From the IMG/VR virus record IMGVR_UViG_3300029989_000006: DNA of 64,000 bases; one strand, 5' to 3'. The position numbers and the translations under genes are program-made. This DNA comes from a virus. Under the pieces are notes generated by a model that was not told where the DNA came from, ran no database searches, and saw only the letters and a program-made list of their open reading frames with translations. Positions 60,856 through 64,000 of the stretch are shown here, one piece after another (within the stretch, counting starts at the first letter, position 1; each line of letters begins with the position of its first letter).

Positions 60856-61131
60856 CTACCATTTTTTAGCTGGGCAGTGAGCTTCTGGTACTCTTGTTTT
60901 TGAACCTAATACACATCCACATCCTCTATAAAATCCTATTTTACCTACTTCTGAAGTTTCTCCAGTAATAGGATTTAGATATAGACTTTCATTACAAAGT
61001 TCTCCAAAAATACTATGTATTTTTAATAATGGACAGCCATTTCTACAAACTGCAATTCTTGTTTTAAATAATGTCTCTTGTAAATTCAAAGCATTATTTA
61101 CAGATCCCTCAATTATTTGACTAAATGACAT
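60856..61131 (-). CDS. Small Cys-rich (zinc-binding) protein
   Basis: RIAVCRNGCP...GCGC..GSKTR....CPAKKW; likely start MSFSQ at 61131. Confidence 0.6.
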   Translation of the reverse strand: MSFSQIIEGSVNNALNLQETLFKTRIAVCRNGCPLLKIHSIFGELCNESLYLNPITGETSEVGKIGFYRGCGCVLGSKTRVPEAHCPAKKW

Positions 61132-61547
61132 AATATAATTCCTCCTATAAATCCAGTACCTATAAAATAGGGCCACTTTCTTATTTTATTTTTATATTTA
61201 ATTATATCTTTATTTAATTGAATATTTACATCAGATAATAATTTAGTTTCTTTATCTTTTGTATTAATTATAATATCTTTATTATTATTAACAATATTAT
61301 AATCTTCTGTTGTTTTCTTTAAAGATTTAATTATCTTTTCATCTAAGTTATATAAGTTCTCATATTCTTCTAATGTTGTAATATAAGTTCTTAAATTTCT
61401 AATTTCTTGTTTCTTAAATTGATAAGAAACTATTGTATCGTTAGTAATACTATCTTGATATATTACTCACTTTTGTGAGGACTGAGTCCATCCACATAGC
61501 GTGGTCAATAGCACCAGCATTATAGATAGTGTTAATTTTCTTATCAT
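61113..61547 (-). CDS. Putative outer-membrane/unimolecular spanin-like protein (144 aa); code 4
   Basis: Signal-like N-terminus MIRKLTLSIMLVLLTTLC, TGA at codon 27, coiled coil, and C-terminal TM PYFIGTGFIGGIILC; overlaps the 3' end of the upstream gene; not in the ORF track. Confidence 0.6.
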
Positions 61548-61821
61548 AATGATTTATTATTTTTTCCTTCACATGTTCCATTGAATCTACTTGTATTTCT
61601 AATCTTTTTATATTATTCATAAAATAAGTATTCTCTTTATTTAATGAATCTACTTTTAATTCATATTTTTCTATTATTGCATCTATTTTTGCTTCACTTT
61701 TCTTTGTGTAGTAAATAGATATAGTAGATATTCCTAGCCATAAAAATGCAACTATTAAAATACTTGCTAAGATTATTCCTACTTTAGAATATAATTTTTT
61801 CTCTTGATCGCTTAAAATCAT
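61450..61821 (-). CDS. Putative inner-membrane spanin
   Basis: N-terminal TM helix followed by a coiled coil; overlapped by the downstream lipoprotein-like gene. Confidence 0.55.
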   Translation of the reverse strand: MILSDQEKKLYSKVGIILASILIVAFLWLGISTISIYYTKKSEAKIDAIIEKYELKVDSLNKENTYFMNNIKRLEIQVDSMEHVKEKIINHYDKKINTIYNAGAIDHAMWMDSVLTKVSNISR

Positions 61822-62713
61822 CGTGCTCTAATTGTTTTTTATAATATGCTAACATTCTTTCAACATCGTTTTTAATATATTCACATTCATAAGTCTCACA
61901 ATTATCGTCGTGATCATAATGAATAAGCATTAATAATTTAATATTAAATTCAGGATTAATTTTTTGAATCATCCAAGCATATGTACTTAATTGTAAAGTA
62001 TAATGCCAGAAATTACAATCCTGAATATTATTTAATGGATACATTAAGGTTGAACTCTTTTTCATCTTTCTATCAAAATAAGACTTGGTCTCAATTTTTT
62101 TATTAGTCTTAAAATCAAGAATATATACATCCTTATCATCAACAATAACTAAGTCTGCTTGCCCAGCTAATCTAAGCTTTCCATCGTCAGATATTCTTGA
62201 TAATAAAATCTCAGGATAAATTCCTTTTTCTCCTATTTTTAATTTATTAGATGTATCAGGATTAAACTTTCCACCTAATTTTAAATGTTGAAATGATTCC
62301 GTTTTTCCACCTAATAATTCCAACTCTCTTGCTTTATGTATTGCTGTTCCTCTAACGCAAGATTCATCTCTTTTTCTAGCCCATTCAGTTAATAATTCTG
62401 TTTTTGCAAAATCAAACTGATCTTTTGGAACATTGAAAAAAGTTAAATAAGTATCATTGAATTTCTTCGTATCTAATAAAGCATTCTTAACTTCTTTAAA
62501 TCTAGTTTCTCCAACTAATCCTTCTAATGTTTTATACGCAGACCAAAATTCTTCATCAAATGTAGCAAATTTATGTATAAGTGTAGTAACTGAAATACAA
62601 TCCTGATTACTATCTTTTGTCCAATATTTATGTAAATCATCATTATACTTAACTGCTTGATCTTCTTTATCAACAATTAATTTTGTATAATCAATTAAAT
62701 TATTTTTATTCAT
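61784..62713 (-). CDS. PD-(D/E)XK (RecB/Cas4-like) exonuclease
   Basis: SVTT, RGTAIH, AGQADLV, ILDFKT and YTLQLSTYA motifs. Confidence 0.85.
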   Translation of the reverse strand: MNKNNLIDYTKLIVDKEDQAVKYNDDLHKYWTKDSNQDCISVTTLIHKFATFDEEFWSAYKTLEGLVGETRFKEVKNALLDTKKFNDTYLTFFNVPKDQFDFAKTELLTEWARKRDESCVRGTAIHKARELELLGGKTESFQHLKLGGKFNPDTSNKLKIGEKGIYPEILLSRISDDGKLRLAGQADLVIVDDKDVYILDFKTNKKIETKSYFDRKMKKSSTLMYPLNNIQDCNFWHYTLQLSTYAWMIQKINPEFNIKLLMLIHYDHDDNCETYECEYIKNDVERMLAYYKKQLEHDDFKRSREKIIF

Positions 62714-62740
62714 ATATCATTTTCATTTATTCCTATTATT

Positions 62741-63472
62741 CTAAAATGGTCATTTTAACCATTTCTTTTCATGTAATTTGTTATCTAAATTATCAAAGTT
62801 CCACATAGAACTTATAATTTGTGCAGCCTTGGCAACCTCATGTAAAGAATCTTTTTTACATAATATTTTTTCATGTATTGTAGTTGCAACTATAAATCCA
62901 ACTACTTCATCTACACCATGTATTGCATAAAATATGGCAGACTTAACATTATTAGGTTCCATAAATGCATATAATACTGGATATTCTTCTTTAACTTCCT
63001 TTAAATCTTCAATAAATATATATCCGTCTTTTTCTAATTGAGTTAAAAATTTAGCAATTAATGATAAATTTATTCTTTGATACTGTAAAGCCACTGGTGA
63101 AGTACCTGTTGAAGTAACCTCTGCTGCTGCAGAAGCAAACAAAAAAGGCAATCCTGCTAAGTTAGAAGTACCATTAGAATATTCAAATACTAAAGCTCTA
63201 TCTGCACAAGCATTTATTGCTACGTCTTGTAATAATACAATTACTTCTTCAGAAAATTGTTTTCTCAATCTATTACCCACTTTATGAGTTTCTTTTTCTA
63301 TTTGTACTCTTCTAGCAATCTTTTCATCTATAGCTTGGCCTGATGAACTTCAAGAAAAAATTATAAACCCTATTAAAGCTAAGGGTAATGCAGCTGCAAG
63401 TAAAAACAATATAACTGCCCAAATTCCTTCTTGTTGTAATAAATACATTAAAAATTTAACTAATGCCTCCAT
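62741..63472 (-). CDS. Membrane-anchored GAF-like protein, T4-type holin candidate (243 aa); code 4
   Basis: ATG at 63472, hydrophobic N-terminus, TGA at codon 41, then ADRALVFEYSNG...GLPF...VGFI; second TGA at 62750 and TAG at 62741. Confidence 0.55.
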
Positions 63473-63516
63473 TTATTTTTGGATTTTTAAAATTAACTAC
63501 TCTAAATTATTTTATG

Positions 63517-63573
63517 CAAAGTTATGAATAATTATCAGATAAAATTATAAATCTTTTAAAAATTTATAATTTT
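63517..63573 (-). promoter_or_regulatory. Bacteroidota-type promoter (-7 TAACTTTG) with upstream 12-bp inverted repeat
   Basis: TAACTTTG at 63524-63517, followed by CA; IR AAAATTATAAAT (63541-63552) / ATTTATAATTTT (63562-63573). Confidence 0.6.
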
Positions 63574-63610
63574 AAACTAAATATACTTTAAACATTAACA
63601 TTATCATATC

Positions 63611-63644
63611 AATAAAAATAGGAGACAATTATCTTGCCTCCTAT
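63611..63644 (-). terminator. Rho-independent terminator after phoH
   Basis: ATAGGAGGCAA-GATAA-TTGTCTCCTAT followed by TTTTATT. Confidence 0.75.
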
Positions 63645-63647
63645 GAT

Positions 63648-64000
63648 CTAAATTCCATTATCCCGAAGTAATGTAAGTATTTGTGGTATAAGAGGGTTTC
63701 TCACACAATCTTCATCAGCAAATTCTACTGTTCCAATAAGATTTGTTTCTTTAAAAATTTCAAACATAGTTGTTAGACATGAATCTTTAGGATTTTTCTT
63801 ATCTATTTGTTCTATATCTCCAAGGAAAATATATTTAGAATTTTCTCCTATACGAGTCATAATAGTTTTAAATGTATGATCTGTAATATTCTGTGATTCA
63901 TCTACAATAACTATAGAGTTGTCAATACTTAGTCCCCTAATAAATGCAATTGGTAATACTTCTACTACACCTTCTTTCATTAATTTTTTGCAAGTATCCT
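63648..64000 (-). CDS. phoH: PhoH family ATPase, C-terminal part
   Basis: LPIAFIRGLSIDNSIVIVDESQN...TRIGENSK..FLGDIEQID...VRNPLI; the frame is open to the window edge. Confidence 0.9.
   Translation of the reverse strand, partial: DTCKKLMKEGVVEVLPIAFIRGLSIDNSIVIVDESQNITDHTFKTIMTRIGENSKYIFLGDIEQIDKKNPKDSCLTTMFEIFKETNLIGTVEFADEDCVRNPLIPQILTLLRDNGI

Noticed and set aside
61784-62713. Cas4/CRISPR system
   Set aside because: Stand-alone PD-(D/E)XK nuclease common in crAss-like phages; no cas genes or array.
37055-63647. Suppressor tRNA, self-splicing intron or intein
   Set aside because: No cloverleaf was seen in the short AT-rich gaps, and TerL, portal and MCP have ordinary lengths with continuous frames.
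1-64000. Mycoplasma/Spiroplasma (code 4) or Gracilibacteria/Absconditabacteria (TGA = Gly) origin
   Set aside because: Gene content is a crAss-like virion module with Bacteroidota promoter motifs, and TGA falls at Trp, not Gly, positions.

Overview
This is a very AT-rich 64-kb segment of a crAss-like (Crassvirales) phage genome, probably infecting Bacteroidota, with essentially all genes on the minus strand. The ORF track looks fragmented because the phage uses genetic code 4 (TGA = Trp). Adjacent fragments are in the same frame and break at TGA, real genes end in TAA/TAG, and TGA falls at family-conserved Trp positions (RGVC-W-ST, GI-W-MKDT, V-W-DDDD). Re-read in code 4 and in transcription order (right to left), the window holds: PhoH, a GAF-type holin candidate, a PD-(D/E)XK nuclease, overlapping spanin candidates, a GroES-like protein, TerS/TerL and portal. 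Next comes an accessory cassette of three Thr-rich mucin-like proteins (FISUMP, Fn3 and LRR domains) surrounding a GT2 glycosyltransferase, a SAM methyltransferase and a GT95/96-like protein O-glycosyltransferase. It is followed by a TGA-free block of fibre/LamG receptor-binding paralogues, a small holin, scaffold, major capsid protein, ring/tail genes, a split muzzle protein, cargo proteins, a 2,899-aa helicase-domain protein and the N-terminal part of the virion RNA polymerase. The best candidate for an undescribed system is the putative virion mucin-like O-glycosylation cassette at 45298-52713. All family assignments come from motif recognition, not database searches.
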